Source: Ectothiorhodospiraceae bacterium (GTDB lineage Bacteria > Pseudomonadota > Gammaproteobacteria > Thiohalomonadales > Thiohalomonadaceae). Taken from it: a stretch of 56,590 nt of DNA. The DNA lies in the NCBI GenBank assembly GCA_007125455.1, contig SLDE01000019.1:1-56590 (forward strand). The letters run 5' to 3'. This document shows positions 40,684 to 52,985 of the stretch, in pieces. Made by a program: the position numbers and the translations under genes. The stretch's first letter is position 1. Each line of letters begins with the position of its first letter. Below the pieces are notes generated by a model. That model did no database searches, was not told where the DNA came from, and was given only the letters and a program-made list of their open reading frames with translations.

Positions 40684-42033
40684 ATGGCTATGAAAGCACT
40701 ACGTTTTACCATTGGCGCCGTTGTCATTGCCGCCACCACCGCCACCGCAGCCTGCTGGTATACCGGCCAGCGTTTCGAGGACGGCTTCAGCAGTGCCATC
40801 GGGCAGTATCAACACCCGGATCTGGCGATACAGCTTGTCGAGTACGAGCGTGGGCTATTCAGTGCCACCGCCACCACCGAGTGGCAACTCAAGGCCCCGA
40901 ATGAGACCCTGAGCTTTCACCTGACCCACCAGATCAAGCATGGCCCACTGCCAGCGGGCAAACTGGCCCGGCTGGAGTCGACCCTGGTCAATGAACAACT
41001 CCCCGAGCAACTGGTAACCCTGTTCGCCGGACAACCACCGCTGCGCATCGACAGCACGGTCTATCTGAGCGGCAACCACCAGCACCAGCTAAGCTCACCC
41101 ACGGCCAGGCAGGAGATCGAGGGTGTTGAGATCAGCTGGCAGGGCGCTCAGGGGGCGCTGGCCTTCAGTGAAGACAACCACCGCCTGGATGCCCAGCTCG
41201 ACATTCCCGGCCTGAGCCTCAACGATGGTCATAACCGGCTACAGCTAGAGGGGATGAGCCTCCAGGCCGACTCCCATCGGCCCATCGGCCAACGCTTCTG
41301 GTTAGGCCCTATCGAAAGCAGCCTACAGGGGCTGCGCTTTAACGACCCGAACGAATCATTCTCGCTGCAGGGGATGAAGGTGAGCGCCAACTCCACCCAG
41401 GAAGGCGAGCAACTGACCATCCAACAGCACATTGCCCTGGGCTCACTCACCGTCGATGATCATCAGCTGCATGACTTGCGCCTGGGCATAGAGCTGGGCC
41501 GACTGGATGCCAGCAGCATGAGCCGTATCCTGACCATCCTCGAGCAGGCCCGCAGCCAACAGGAGATGCTCGCCCTGTGGGAAGAGCTGCCCAGGCTACT
41601 GGCCCACCAGCCCTACCTGGCACTCACCGAACTCAGTGGCCGTCATAACGATACCGGCGATGCGCAGGTCGAGGCCCGCCTGGACTACCTGGGTAACGGC
41701 AACCTGATGGCCTTCAACCCCAACAGCGACATCCTACTGGATGCAAGCTTCGAGGCCGCCGCCGAAGTGGTCAAGGCCATCATCGCCGAGCAACAGCGTA
41801 TGGAACTGCTGCGTCTGGCCGCCATGCTGGAATGGGATACCCGTTCGGAAGAGTTTGAGATCCTGCTGGAACAGAGCATCCGCGCCCAGCAAAACGAACT
41901 GCTCGAGCGTGGTCTGGTCGTCGCAGATGGTGATCGCTGGCGCAGCCACGCCCGCCTCGAAGATGGCAGCATGACCCTGAACGGGCGACCCGCCGACGCC
42001 TTGGTGGGCCAGCTACTGCAGCTACTGTTTTAA
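40684..42033 (+). CDS. YdgA-like (DUF945) exported protein
   Basis: The ATG at 40684 (AAGGA SD) gives MAMKALRFTIGAVVIAATTATAACWYTGQRFEDGF..., which resembles the YdgA-family N-terminus. The track's upstream extension overlaps metW. Confidence 0.55.
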   Translation: MAMKALRFTIGAVVIAATTATAACWYTGQRFEDGFSSAIGQYQHPDLAIQLVEYERGLFSATATTEWQLKAPNETLSFHLTHQIKHGPLPAGKLARLESTLVNEQLPEQLVTLFAGQPPLRIDSTVYLSGNHQHQLSSPTARQEIEGVEISWQGAQGALAFSEDNHRLDAQLDIPGLSLNDGHNRLQLEGMSLQADSHRPIGQRFWLGPIESSLQGLRFNDPNESFSLQGMKVSANSTQEGEQLTIQQHIALGSLTVDDHQLHDLRLGIELGRLDASSMSRILTILEQARSQQEMLALWEELPRLLAHQPYLALTELSGRHNDTGDAQVEARLDYLGNGNLMAFNPNSDILLDASFEAAAEVVKAIIAEQQRMELLRLAAMLEWDTRSEEFEILLEQSIRAQQNELLERGLVVADGDRWRSHARLEDGSMTLNGRPADALVGQLLQLLF

Positions 42034-42044
42034 CAGGCTGTTAA
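42030..42044. repeat. 15-bp perfect palindrome TTAACAGGCTGTTAA, copy 1
   Basis: Contains the stop codons of both convergent genes (TAA 42031-33 on plus; TAA as the rc of 42041-43). Identical to the copy at 45009-45023. Confidence 0.9.
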
Positions 42045-42733
42045 GCACCCAGGGGCGAAAGCAGCGGGCGCAGGATATAAAACAGGCCGATGGCGATCAC
42101 ACTCAGGCCAGCGGCCTTGATCACCCAGGGACGGCGCAGCAAGGTGGTCAGTTTCCCCGCCAACACCCCCATCGCCAGCAGGTTGGGGAGGGTGCCCAGC
42201 CCAAAACTCAGCAACAACAAGGCCCCGTCGATGGCGCTGCCCGCCGAGATCGCCATGATCAACACACTGTAGACCAGACCGCAGGGCAGCCAGCCCCATA
42301 CCAGGCCCATCACCACGGCCTGCGGTGGACTGCGCACCGGCAGCAGCTTGCGGGCATAGGGTTCGAGCGCCGACCACAGGCCGCTGCCGAGGCGCTCCAG
42401 GCGCGTAATGCCAAACCACCAGCCACCCAGATAGAGCCCCAGCGCGACCATAAACAGCCCGGCGACCACCTGTAGTACGATCTGGGCCTGATTGATGATC
42501 AGCAGGTGGGCAGCCAGCGCACCTATCCCGCCGAGCAAGGCACCGGCCACCGTATAGCTGAACAGGCGCCCCAGGTTATAGCCCAGCAAGTAGGGCAACA
42601 TCGGCCCGAAGCGGCCACGGGCACGCTCCGGCAGGCCAAAGCTCAAGGCGCCGACGATACCACCACACATACCGACGCAATGAACCCCGCCCAGCAAACC
42701 GACCAGGAAGGCCGCCAGATAGCTCAGTTCCAT
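42041..42733 (-). CDS. polytopic membrane protein with N-terminal HCxxMCGG motif (DsbD_2/UreH-like; often annotated sulfite-exporter-like)
   Basis: 230 aa, MELSYLAAFLVGLLGGVHCVGMCGGIVGALSF..., about 6 hydrophobic segments. Family name recalled from memory only. Confidence 0.6.
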   Translation of the reverse strand: MELSYLAAFLVGLLGGVHCVGMCGGIVGALSFGLPERARGRFGPMLPYLLGYNLGRLFSYTVAGALLGGIGALAAHLLIINQAQIVLQVVAGLFMVALGLYLGGWWFGITRLERLGSGLWSALEPYARKLLPVRSPPQAVVMGLVWGWLPCGLVYSVLIMAISAGSAIDGALLLLSFGLGTLPNLLAMGVLAGKLTTLLRRPWVIKAAGLSVIAIGLFYILRPLLSPLGA

Positions 42734-42745
42734 GAAATCCTTACC

Positions 42746-42856
42746 TTACATTGATGACCGCTTGATGCGGCAAAGCCCCCGCACCCAGTCAACCGGGCGC
42801 GAGCAAAACGTCTCAGAGCAGATACCATAGCAAACCTTATCATCCCATGCGCTCAT
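42746..42856 (-). CDS. candidate 36-aa Cys-rich small protein
   Basis: MSAWDDKVCYGICSETFCSRPVDWVRGLCRIKRSSM. Its ATG overlaps the ampG TGA (ATGA). Its stop lies 12 nt before the next gene's ATG. No homology evidence. Confidence 0.3.
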   Translation of the reverse strand: MSAWDDKVCYGICSETFCSRPVDWVRGLCRIKRSSM

Positions 42857-44106
42857 ACGCTCGCAGCGACCGCACGGGCATTGCGCACCACCGCGAAGCG
42901 CCGCAGCAACAGCAGCCCCGGTATCGCCAGCAGGGCGCAGAAGGTGAAGAAGCTGAACCAACCCACGATCTCAACCAGATAGCCCGTACTGGCCCCGGCC
43001 ACAACCCGTGGGATCCCCATCAGACTACTGAGCAGGGCGTACTGGGTGGCAGTAAAGCGCTTGTTGGTCAGGCTCGCCATGAAGGCGACAAAGGCGGCGG
43101 TCCCCATGCCGCTGGAGACATTCTCAAAGGCAATCACCCCCGCCAGCCAGGCCACGTTGCTGCCGGTCCACAGCAGCACCACAAAACAGGCGGTGGAGAC
43201 CCCCTGCAGGATGCCGAAGGCCCACAGCGATCGGTAGATCCCCCAGCGCAGGATCAGCAGGCCACCGGCCAGGCCACCGGCGATGGTGGCCCAAAACCCA
43301 AACAACTGTACGACCGTACCGATCTGCGAGCGCGTAAAGCCCATCTCCAGGTAGAACGGCATGGTCATATTGGAGGCCATCGCATCGCCCACCTTGTACA
43401 GCAGGATGAAGAGCAAAAACAGCATTGCCTCGGGGCGCTGAAAGTAGTCCCGAAACGGCTCCACCACCGCTTCTTTGAGGTTGGTGGGTGTCCCGGCCGC
43501 CACCTTGGGCTCACGCGCCAGCAGGGTGACGATCAAACCGAGGATCATCGCCAGCCCCATCAGCAGATAGACGGTACTGAACGGCACAAAGTCAGAGAGG
43601 ATCAGCCCGCCACTACCGGCCAGCAACATACCCACCCGGTAGCCATTCACATAGAGTGAAGAACCCAGCCCCAACTCCTCGTCGGCCAGGTCCTCGCGGC
43701 GAAAGGCATCCACCACGATGTCCTGGGAGGCGGAGAAGAAGGTCACCAGGAAGGCCAGCAGTGCCACCAGCCACAGGTTCTGCCCCGGATCGCTTAAGCC
43801 CAGGAAGATCAGGCTGGCGATAAGCGCCACCTGGGCGATCAGCAGCCAGCCACGGCGACGGCCAAACAACGCTGGGGTGTAACGATCCAGCAACGGCGCC
43901 CAGAGGAACTTCACCGTATAAGGCAGCCCCACCAGCGAGAACAGCCCGATGGTGGCCAGATCGACCCCCTCCACCGCCATCCACGCCTGCAACACCGAGC
44001 CGGTGAGCAGCAGGGGGAGGCCGCAGGCAAAGCCCATCACAAAGGCCACCAGCATGCGCCAGCTCAAGAAGACGCGCAGCATCTGCGCGGGGGACATGGG
44101 GGTCAT
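42853..44106 (-). CDS. ampG: AmpG-family muropeptide MFS permease
   Basis: 417 aa, ...FVMGFACGLPLLLTGSVLQAWM...GLPYTVKFLWAPLLDRY... typical of AmpG. Confidence 0.85.
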   Translation of the reverse strand: MTPMSPAQMLRVFLSWRMLVAFVMGFACGLPLLLTGSVLQAWMAVEGVDLATIGLFSLVGLPYTVKFLWAPLLDRYTPALFGRRRGWLLIAQVALIASLIFLGLSDPGQNLWLVALLAFLVTFFSASQDIVVDAFRREDLADEELGLGSSLYVNGYRVGMLLAGSGGLILSDFVPFSTVYLLMGLAMILGLIVTLLAREPKVAAGTPTNLKEAVVEPFRDYFQRPEAMLFLLFILLYKVGDAMASNMTMPFYLEMGFTRSQIGTVVQLFGFWATIAGGLAGGLLILRWGIYRSLWAFGILQGVSTACFVVLLWTGSNVAWLAGVIAFENVSSGMGTAAFVAFMASLTNKRFTATQYALLSSLMGIPRVVAGASTGYLVEIVGWFSFFTFCALLAIPGLLLLRRFAVVRNARAVAASV

Positions 44107-44885
44107 GGCAGATCCATGTCGTAGTCGAGGATCAGTGGTGCGTGGTCAGAGAAACGCTCCTGCTGATAGATCGAGGCGGCGCTGACCTTTTCGGCCAAGG
44201 CCGGGGTGATCACCTGATAATCGATGCGCCACCCCACATTATTGGCCCAGGCCTGGCCCCTGTTCGACCACCAGGTGTACTGGTGTGCACGCGGCTCGAC
44301 CACGCGAAAGCCATCCACCCAGCCCAGAGGGCCAAACAGCTTGTCCAGCCAGGCCCGCTCCTCGGGCAGACACCCCGAGTTCTTCTGGTTGGCCTTGAAG
44401 TTCTTGATGTCGATCGCCTTGTGGACGATGTTCCAGTCGCCGCAGATGATGTAGTGGCGCCCATCGGCCTGCATCGCCAGCATGCGCTCTTCCAGACGGT
44501 ACATAAAGCTGTACTTGACCTGCTGGCGCTCCTCCTTGGACGAGCCGGAGGGCAGGTAGAGGGAGGCGACCGACAGATCGCCAAAATCGGCCTGAATATA
44601 GCGCCCCTCGGCGTCCATATCCTCAAAACCCTCGCCCAGGCCGCGCACCACGCGATCCGGCTCACGGCGACTGTAGATCGCCACCCCCGAATAGCCCTTG
44701 CGCTCGGCATCGCAAAAGTAGGCGTGATACCCTTCGGGGAAGTGCAGCTCGGCGACCAACTGGTGCTCCTGGGCCTTGGTCTCCTGGATGCAGACCACGT
44801 CGGGTTGCTGGGCCTGCATCCACTCAAAAAAGCCCTTCTTTGCCGCCGCACGGATGCCATTGAGATTCGCGCTGATGATACGCAT
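44103..44885 (-). CDS. xthA: exodeoxyribonuclease III family (EEP fold), catalytic residues intact
   Basis: The ATG at 44885 gives MRIISANLNGIRAAAKKGF... Motifs CIQETK, CGDWNIVH, WRIDYQ and SDHAP are all present. Its TGA overlaps the ampG ATG. Confidence 0.85.
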   Translation of the reverse strand: MRIISANLNGIRAAAKKGFFEWMQAQQPDVVCIQETKAQEHQLVAELHFPEGYHAYFCDAERKGYSGVAIYSRREPDRVVRGLGEGFEDMDAEGRYIQADFGDLSVASLYLPSGSSKEERQQVKYSFMYRLEERMLAMQADGRHYIICGDWNIVHKAIDIKNFKANQKNSGCLPEERAWLDKLFGPLGWVDGFRVVEPRAHQYTWWSNRGQAWANNVGWRIDYQVITPALAEKVSAASIYQQERFSDHAPLILDYDMDLP

Positions 44886-45008
44886 TGCCTTAAGTTCGCC
44901 GTTGTATGCCAAAGATGGCGCACAGCATACCCAACGATCATGGCGCATCGCCAGCCCCAATTAGTACAACGATGCTCGATAGCACAACCCCTCACCCCAA
45001 CCATGGGC

Positions 45009-45023
45009 TTAACAGGCTGTTAA
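45009..45023. repeat. 15-bp perfect palindrome TTAACAGGCTGTTAA, copy 2
   Basis: Lies in the xthA/pyrE divergent spacer, 124 nt upstream of the xthA ATG. Same central-base orientation as copy 1. Confidence 0.9.
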
Positions 45024-45135
45024 TGCTCCCGACACTGCCAACCGACGGCATCCATGCCGTCGTCTCACCAGCGGTGCACACAGGCCAGGAATCGCTACGC
45101 GATAAACGGCTCGGATCGCACCGTAAAAGGCGGGG

Positions 45136-45144
45136 TGCTACAAT
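45136..45144 (+). promoter_or_regulatory. candidate extended -10 promoter element for pyrE
   Basis: TGcTACAAT, 30 nt upstream of the pyrE ATG. No good -35. Confidence 0.3.
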
Positions 45145-45173
45145 GGCGCGCACCACACCAGACGGGACAGATC

Positions 45174-45818
45174 ATGCAGGACTACAAACGCGACTTCATC
45201 CGCTTCGCCATCGACAATCAGGTGCTGCGCTTTGGCCAGTTCACCCTCAAGTCGGGCCGTATCAGCCCCTACTTCTTCAACGCCGGCCTGTTCAACACCG
45301 GTGAACACCTCGCCCAGCTCAGCCACTACTACGCAGCGGCGATCGAGGATGCCGAGCTGGCGTTCGATACTCTGTTTGGCCCGGCCTATAAGGGCATACC
45401 CCTGGCCGCCACCACCGCTGTGGCGCTGTACAGCCACTACCAGCGCAACATCCCCTACTGCTTCAATCGCAAGGAGGCCAAGGATCACGGTGAGGGTGGC
45501 AATATCGTTGGCGCACCGCTGTCCGGGCGGATCCTGATCATCGACGATGTGATCACCGCCGGTACCGCGATCCGCGAGGCAATGGGGATCATCGAGGCGG
45601 CCGGGGCCCAGGCCAGCGCGGTGGTGATCGCGCTGGATCGCCAGGAACGCGGCCAGGGCGAGCTGTCCGCCATCCAGGAGGTGGAGCAAAACCACGGCCT
45701 CAAGGTCGTCAGCATCATCACCCTCGCGGATCTGATGGACTACATCAAGGACGATCCGCAACTGGCCGAGCACGCCGAGGCCATTGCCGCCTACCGCCAA
45801 CAATACGGGATCACCTGA
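45174..45818 (+). CDS. pyrE: orotate phosphoribosyltransferase
   Basis: The ATG at 45174 gives [38 protein letters not shown]... PRTase motif [14 protein letters not shown]. Confidence 0.93.
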   Translation: MQDYKRDFIRFAIDNQVLRFGQFTLKSGRISPYFFNAGLFNTGEHLAQLSHYYAAAIEDAELAFDTLFGPAYKGIPLAATTAVALYSHYQRNIPYCFNRKEAKDHGEGGNIVGAPLSGRILIIDDVITAGTAIREAMGIIEAAGAQASAVVIALDRQERGQGELSAIQEVEQNHGLKVVSIITLADLMDYIKDDPQLAEHAEAIAAYRQQYGIT

Positions 45819-46057
45819 TGCCGCTGCCCACCCGCGATGCCCAGACCAACCTGGTCAACGAGCACTATGCGGTGATCTACACCCCGAGCAAGCGCCGAGC
45901 GCGCTTTCCCGACAACTGTGTCACCGTATATGCCAATGATCTGGAGGCCATCGAGGCGGCGGACGAGGCAAAACACCTCTATGCCGCACGGGTGGTCGGG
46001 CCATCTCGCTCCTCCGAGGGCTTTATGCTCTACTACCTGGCCCACTGGTTGACCTGA
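45818..46057 (+). CDS. hypothetical 79-aa protein, translationally coupled to pyrE
   Basis: TGATG overlaps at both ends (45816-45820 and 46055-46059). High GC3. No family recognised. Confidence 0.55.
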   Translation: MPLPTRDAQTNLVNEHYAVIYTPSKRRARFPDNCVTVYANDLEAIEAADEAKHLYAARVVGPSRSSEGFMLYYLAHWLT

Positions 46058-46311
46058 TGCAGTGCCGCCCCGGCTGCGCCGCCTGCTGTATTGCCCCCTC
46101 GATCAGCTCCACCATCCCCGGCCTACCACACGGCAAGGCGGCGGGGGAAGCCTGTCCGCAGCTGGATGGGCAAGGCCTGTGTCGACTATTCGGGATGGCC
46201 CAGCGCCCCGCTGTCTGTTCCAATTACCAGCCCGATGATGACTGCTGCGGTCAAAACCGCCGCGAGGCCTTACAACGACTGGCAAGCCTGGAGTCGGCTA
46301 CCCGAGGATGA
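46057..46311 (+). CDS. YkgJ-like cysteine-cluster (putative Zn/Fe-binding) protein
   Basis: 84 aa, MQCRPGCAACCIAP...ACPQLDGQGLCRLF...AVCSNYQPDDDCCG. Cys pattern resembles the CxxCxxCC family. Confidence 0.55.
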   Translation: MQCRPGCAACCIAPSISSTIPGLPHGKAAGEACPQLDGQGLCRLFGMAQRPAVCSNYQPDDDCCGQNRREALQRLASLESATRG

Positions 46312-47053
46312 GCTTTAGCCCCACCAGGATCGTCACCACCTCAAACACCCGCTTGATCACCTTGTTACCCTTCTTGATCGCCAGATGGGTGCCCAGATAG
46401 CCCCCCAGCAACGAGCCCAGCAGCAGCGCTGGTAACCACTCCCAGCGGATCTCGCCGAGGATCCCCAGGGTGATCGCCCCACCGCCATTCCAGAACATTC
46501 CCACCAGGATCAGGGTATAGGCGATAGCCCGCTGATAATCGAGACCGAACCAGCGCACCAGCCAGAGGGTCACAAACAGCCCGGTGCCCGAGGTCAGTGA
46601 ACCATTGAGCACGCCGATCACAAACAGCACCACACCACCGATCACCATCCCCTGCCGGTGGCGGTTACGCGGTTGATGCTCCTGGCCCAGCTGCGCCTGT
46701 AGCCAGGAATAGATCCCCAGTCCCACGGTCAACAAGCCCAGAGCCAACTCCGCGCTACGATCAGGCACCCGGAGGATGAAACTGGCCCCCAGCACCACAC
46801 CAGGCAGGCCACAGGCGAGGATAAACAGTGCCATGCGCCGTTCCAGCGCATTGGTGCGCAGATGGCGCAGCGTGGCCCCCACGCCCAGTGCCACACTGGC
46901 CACCTTGTGGGTGGCCAGGGCAACACTAAAAGGCAGGCCCAAAAATATCAGCAACGGCAGTTGCAGCAGGCCAGCCCCCCCACCGGCAAAGGCCGAAAAG
47001 GCATTGGCCACCAGCGAGAGGGCAAATAATATGAACTGTTCAACAAGGGACAT
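46298..47053 (-). CDS. TauE/SafE-family anion exporter-like membrane protein
   Basis: About 251 aa from the ATG at 47053, ...FAGGGAGLLQLPLLIFLGLPFSVALATHKV..., with a repeated motif in the C-terminal half. Its 3' end overlaps the ykgJ-like gene convergently by 14 nt. Confidence 0.7.
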   Translation of the reverse strand: MSLVEQFILFALSLVANAFSAFAGGGAGLLQLPLLIFLGLPFSVALATHKVASVALGVGATLRHLRTNALERRMALFILACGLPGVVLGASFILRVPDRSAELALGLLTVGLGIYSWLQAQLGQEHQPRNRHRQGMVIGGVVLFVIGVLNGSLTSGTGLFVTLWLVRWFGLDYQRAIAYTLILVGMFWNGGGAITLGILGEIRWEWLPALLLGSLLGGYLGTHLAIKKGNKVIKRVFEVVTILVGLKLILG

Positions 47054-47135
47054 GCTCAAACCTGTAATCTCCTACCCACGATAGGTATACTGGGTAGCTA
47101 TCGATACAAGGCCCGAAAGCCTCAGGATACTCGTT

Positions 47136-47777
47136 ATGTCAAAGACCATGCGCAATCGCTTTTTCATATCACTGGCGATGCTCTCGCTGCTGCTGCCGCT
47201 TAGCGCCGGTGCCAGTATCAAGTGCTGGACCAACAAGGATGGCTATACCGAGTGCGGTAACGTGGTTCCGCCGGAGTATGCGCAGCAGGAAACCCGCACC
47301 ATCGACAGGCGCGGCATCACCACAGAGGTCCGCCCCCGTGCGCCCACGGCCGACGAGGTGAAAGCCCAGCGCCAGCGCCAGGCCGAGGAGGAGCGCCGCC
47401 AGGCCGAGGAGGAGCAACGCCGCCGTGAGCAGGAGCAGTATGACCAGATGCTGCTGAACTCCTACCTGAGTGATGATGACATCATCCGTACTCGTGATCG
47501 CATGACCACCAGCCTCAATGCGGCAATCGAGTTGAATCGCATCAATATCGAACGGCTCGAAGAACGCCTTGCCGCCGAACAGAGCACTGCCGCACGGCAC
47601 GAGCGCGGCGGGCGCGATATCCCGGAGCGAGTGAAAGAAGAAATCGAAAGCCTGAAGAACCAGATCGAGGCCCGCCAGGCCCAGATCCAGGTACGGGAAC
47701 AGGAGCGCGATGAACTACACCAGCGTTATGATGCCGAGCTGCAACGCTTCCGTGAGCTACAGCAGATGCGTCGCTAG
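47136..47777 (+). CDS. DUF4124-like exported protein with charged coiled-coil region
   Basis: Signal peptide, then IKCWTNKDGYTECGNVVPPEY (DUF4124-like), then an E/R/Q-rich helical region. Confidence 0.55.
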   Translation: MSKTMRNRFFISLAMLSLLLPLSAGASIKCWTNKDGYTECGNVVPPEYAQQETRTIDRRGITTEVRPRAPTADEVKAQRQRQAEEERRQAEEEQRRREQEQYDQMLLNSYLSDDDIIRTRDRMTTSLNAAIELNRINIERLEERLAAEQSTAARHERGGRDIPERVKEEIESLKNQIEARQAQIQVREQERDELHQRYDAELQRFRELQQMRR

Positions 47778-47790
47778 CCACCTATCGGGC

Positions 47791-50478
<2,688 letters not shown>

Positions 50479-50504
50479 TCAGCCGGCCCCCACCCTGAGG
50501 ATCC

Positions 50505-50960
50505 TCAGTGGCCACCGGTGTGGCCAAAGCCCCCATCACCGCGTCGACTGTCACCAAACTCATCGACCACCTCCAGCGCCACCTGGGCCACCGGCACAAA
50601 CACCATTTGGGCGATCCGCTCACCCACCTGTACGGTGAAGGGCTCCTGACCACGGTTCCAGCAGGAGATGAAGATCTGCCCCTGATAGTCCGAATCGATG
50701 AGCCCCACCAGGTTACCCAGCACGATCCCCTTCTTATGACCCAGCCCGGAGCGCGGCAGCAACACCGCCGCCAGCGAAGGGTCACCGATATGGATGGCCA
50801 GGCCGGTGGGGATCAGGTGGGTCTCGCCAGGGGCGATCACCATCGGCTGCTCCAGCATCGCCCGGATATCCATCCCGGCAGAGCCGTCGGTGGCGTAGTG
50901 AGGCAGCGGGAAGGCATCACCCAGGCGGGGGTCGAGGATCTTCATCGCGATCTTTTTCAT
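50505..50960 (-). CDS. dut: dUTP diphosphatase
   Basis: 151 aa, [34 protein letters not shown], collinear with E. coli Dut. Confidence 0.95.
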   Translation of the reverse strand: MKKIAMKILDPRLGDAFPLPHYATDGSAGMDIRAMLEQPMVIAPGETHLIPTGLAIHIGDPSLAAVLLPRSGLGHKKGIVLGNLVGLIDSDYQGQIFISCWNRGQEPFTVQVGERIAQMVFVPVAQVALEVVDEFGDSRRGDGGFGHTGGH

Positions 50961-52174
50961 GTTTTTCTCTCATTGTAGTGCGTGGCAACCAGTGTCATTA
51001 GCTCCCGGGCCAACTGCGTCTTGGTGGTTAACGCCAGTTGTCGATCCCCGCCAGGCCAAAACACCTGCAAGGCATTGTGCTCACTGTCAAAGCCACCACC
51101 GGCGGCCCGTTCGCCCACCCAGTTGGCGGCGATCATATCCAGCCCCTTGGCCTTGAGCTTGCCCTGGGCGTGTTCGGCCAAGCGCTCGGTCTCGGCGGCA
51201 AAGCCGACGCAAAAGGGGCGTGGGCGCTGCCCCGCCATGGTGGCGAGGATATCCGGGTTGCGTAACAGTTTCAGTTCCAGGGCTGGCTGTTGCTTTTTGA
51301 GCTTATTATCGGCCACCTGCACGGCGCGGTAGTCCGCCACGGCGGCGCAGGCAATAAATATCTCACCGGGATCGGCCAGCGAGGCCTGCAACATCTGTTC
51401 GGCGCTCTCCACATCTATCCGCGCCACCCCCGTCGGGGTGGACAGTGATACCGGCCCGGCGATCAGCCGAACCCTCGCCCCCATACCGGCAGCAGCCTCG
51501 GCCAGGGCAAAGCCCATCTTGCCTGAGCTGTGGTTACTGATAAAGCGTACCGGATCGATCGCCTCGCGGGTGGGGCCGGCGGTGATGGTCACCGCTACCC
51601 CGCGCAACGGCCCATCGGCAAAGTGTGTGACACAGGCCGCCAGCAATTGGGCTGGCTCCCACATCCGCCCCGGCCCCTGTTCACCGCAGGCCTGCTCGCC
51701 ACTGGCCGGCCCCAGCAGCTGCACCCCGCGTTCACGCAACACCGCCACATTGGCCTGGGTCGCCGCCGCCTGCCACATCTGCTGGTTCATCGCCGGGGCC
51801 AGCCAAAGCGGCGCGGCACTGGCCAGGCAAAGGGTGCTCAGCAGGTCATCGGCCATCCCGGCGGCGAGCCGGGCCATCAGATCGGCGCTAGCCGGGGCGA
51901 TCAGGATGAGTTCGGCCCAACGTGCCAGCTCGATATGGCCCATCGCCGCCTCGTGTGCCGCATCAAACAGGGACTGGCGCACCGCTTGGCCAGAGAGGGC
52001 CTGCAAGGTCAGCGGGGTGATGAACTCACTGGCGGCCGGAGTCATCACCACCCGCAGCTCAGCCCCGGCCCCGCGTAGCAGCCGTACCAGCTCCGCCGCC
52101 TTGTAGGCGGCGATACCCCCGCTCACCCCCAGCAGGATGCGTCTGCCATTCAATGCCGTGTGATTCTCTGTCAT
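50957..52174 (-). CDS. coaBC: bifunctional phosphopantothenoylcysteine decarboxylase/synthetase
   Basis: 405 aa, [22 protein letters not shown]... ATGA overlap with dut. Confidence 0.93.
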   Translation of the reverse strand: MTENHTALNGRRILLGVSGGIAAYKAAELVRLLRGAGAELRVVMTPAASEFITPLTLQALSGQAVRQSLFDAAHEAAMGHIELARWAELILIAPASADLMARLAAGMADDLLSTLCLASAAPLWLAPAMNQQMWQAAATQANVAVLRERGVQLLGPASGEQACGEQGPGRMWEPAQLLAACVTHFADGPLRGVAVTITAGPTREAIDPVRFISNHSSGKMGFALAEAAAGMGARVRLIAGPVSLSTPTGVARIDVESAEQMLQASLADPGEIFIACAAVADYRAVQVADNKLKKQQPALELKLLRNPDILATMAGQRPRPFCVGFAAETERLAEHAQGKLKAKGLDMIAANWVGERAAGGGFDSEHNALQVFWPGGDRQLALTTKTQLARELMTLVATHYNERKT

Positions 52175-52258
52175 AGAGTAGGAGTTTATCAGAAAGCCTT
52201 CCCCTTGCCGCTATTGGTGATTATCATAGGCACGAACCCACATTAACAAGGAGGTTAT

Positions 52259-52933
52259 ATGGCGATCCGTGACTGGCCTGTCGATGAGCGTCCACGCGAA
52301 AAGCTGCTGCAGCGTGGCCCGCAAACCCTCTCCGACGCCGAATTGCTGGCGATCTTTCTGCGCACCGGGGTACATGGCATGAGTGCGGTGGACCTGGCCC
52401 GTGAGCTGTTGGCGCAATTTGGCGGCCTGCGCCAGCTATTGGATGCGGATCTGGCCAGCTTTAGCCGAGGCAAGGGGCTGGGCAGTGCCAAATACGTCCA
52501 GCTGCAGGCCACCCTGGAGCTATCGCGCCGTCATCTGCTGGCCACCCTGCAGCGCGGCGATGCCCTCACCAGCCCCCAGCACACCCGCCAATACCTCAGT
52601 GCCCAGCTGCGTGACCGTCACCAGGAGGTCTTCGCCTGCCTGTTTCTCGACAACCGTCACCGGGTGCTGGCCTTCGAAGAGCTGTTCTATGGCACGGTGG
52701 ACGGTGCCAGTGTCCACCCGCGCGAGGTAGTGCGCCGCTGCCTGGGCCACAACGCCGCCGCGGTGATCCTCGCCCACAACCACCCCTCCGGGGTGGCCGA
52801 GCCGAGCCGCGCCGATGAGCAGATCACCCACCGCCTCAAGGAGGCCCTGGCACTGATCGACGTGCGCCTGCTAGATCATATGGTCATCGGCGATGGCGAG
52901 ATCACCTCCCTGGCGGAGCGGGGAACAATATAG
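52259..52933 (+). CDS. radC: RadC-family JAMM protein
   Basis: 224 aa, ...[14 protein letters not shown]... and HNHPSG...[16 protein letters not shown]. Confidence 0.9.
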   Translation: MAIRDWPVDERPREKLLQRGPQTLSDAELLAIFLRTGVHGMSAVDLARELLAQFGGLRQLLDADLASFSRGKGLGSAKYVQLQATLELSRRHLLATLQRGDALTSPQHTRQYLSAQLRDRHQEVFACLFLDNRHRVLAFEELFYGTVDGASVHPREVVRRCLGHNAAAVILAHNHPSGVAEPSRADEQITHRLKEALALIDVRLLDHMVIGDGEITSLAERGTI

Positions 52934-52985
52934 ATTCAGTAGCAAGTTACAAGAGACAAGTCGCAAGTTGCCGTGCACGCTACCC

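Noticed and set aside
42030-42044. The palindrome as a dif site, LexA box, SlmA site or bidirectional terminator hairpin
   Set aside because: It matches none of the dif (GGTGCGCATAA-N6-TTATGTTAAAT), CTGT-N8-ACAG or GTGAGTACTCAC consensi as I recall them. A 1-nt centre cannot form an RNA hairpin loop.
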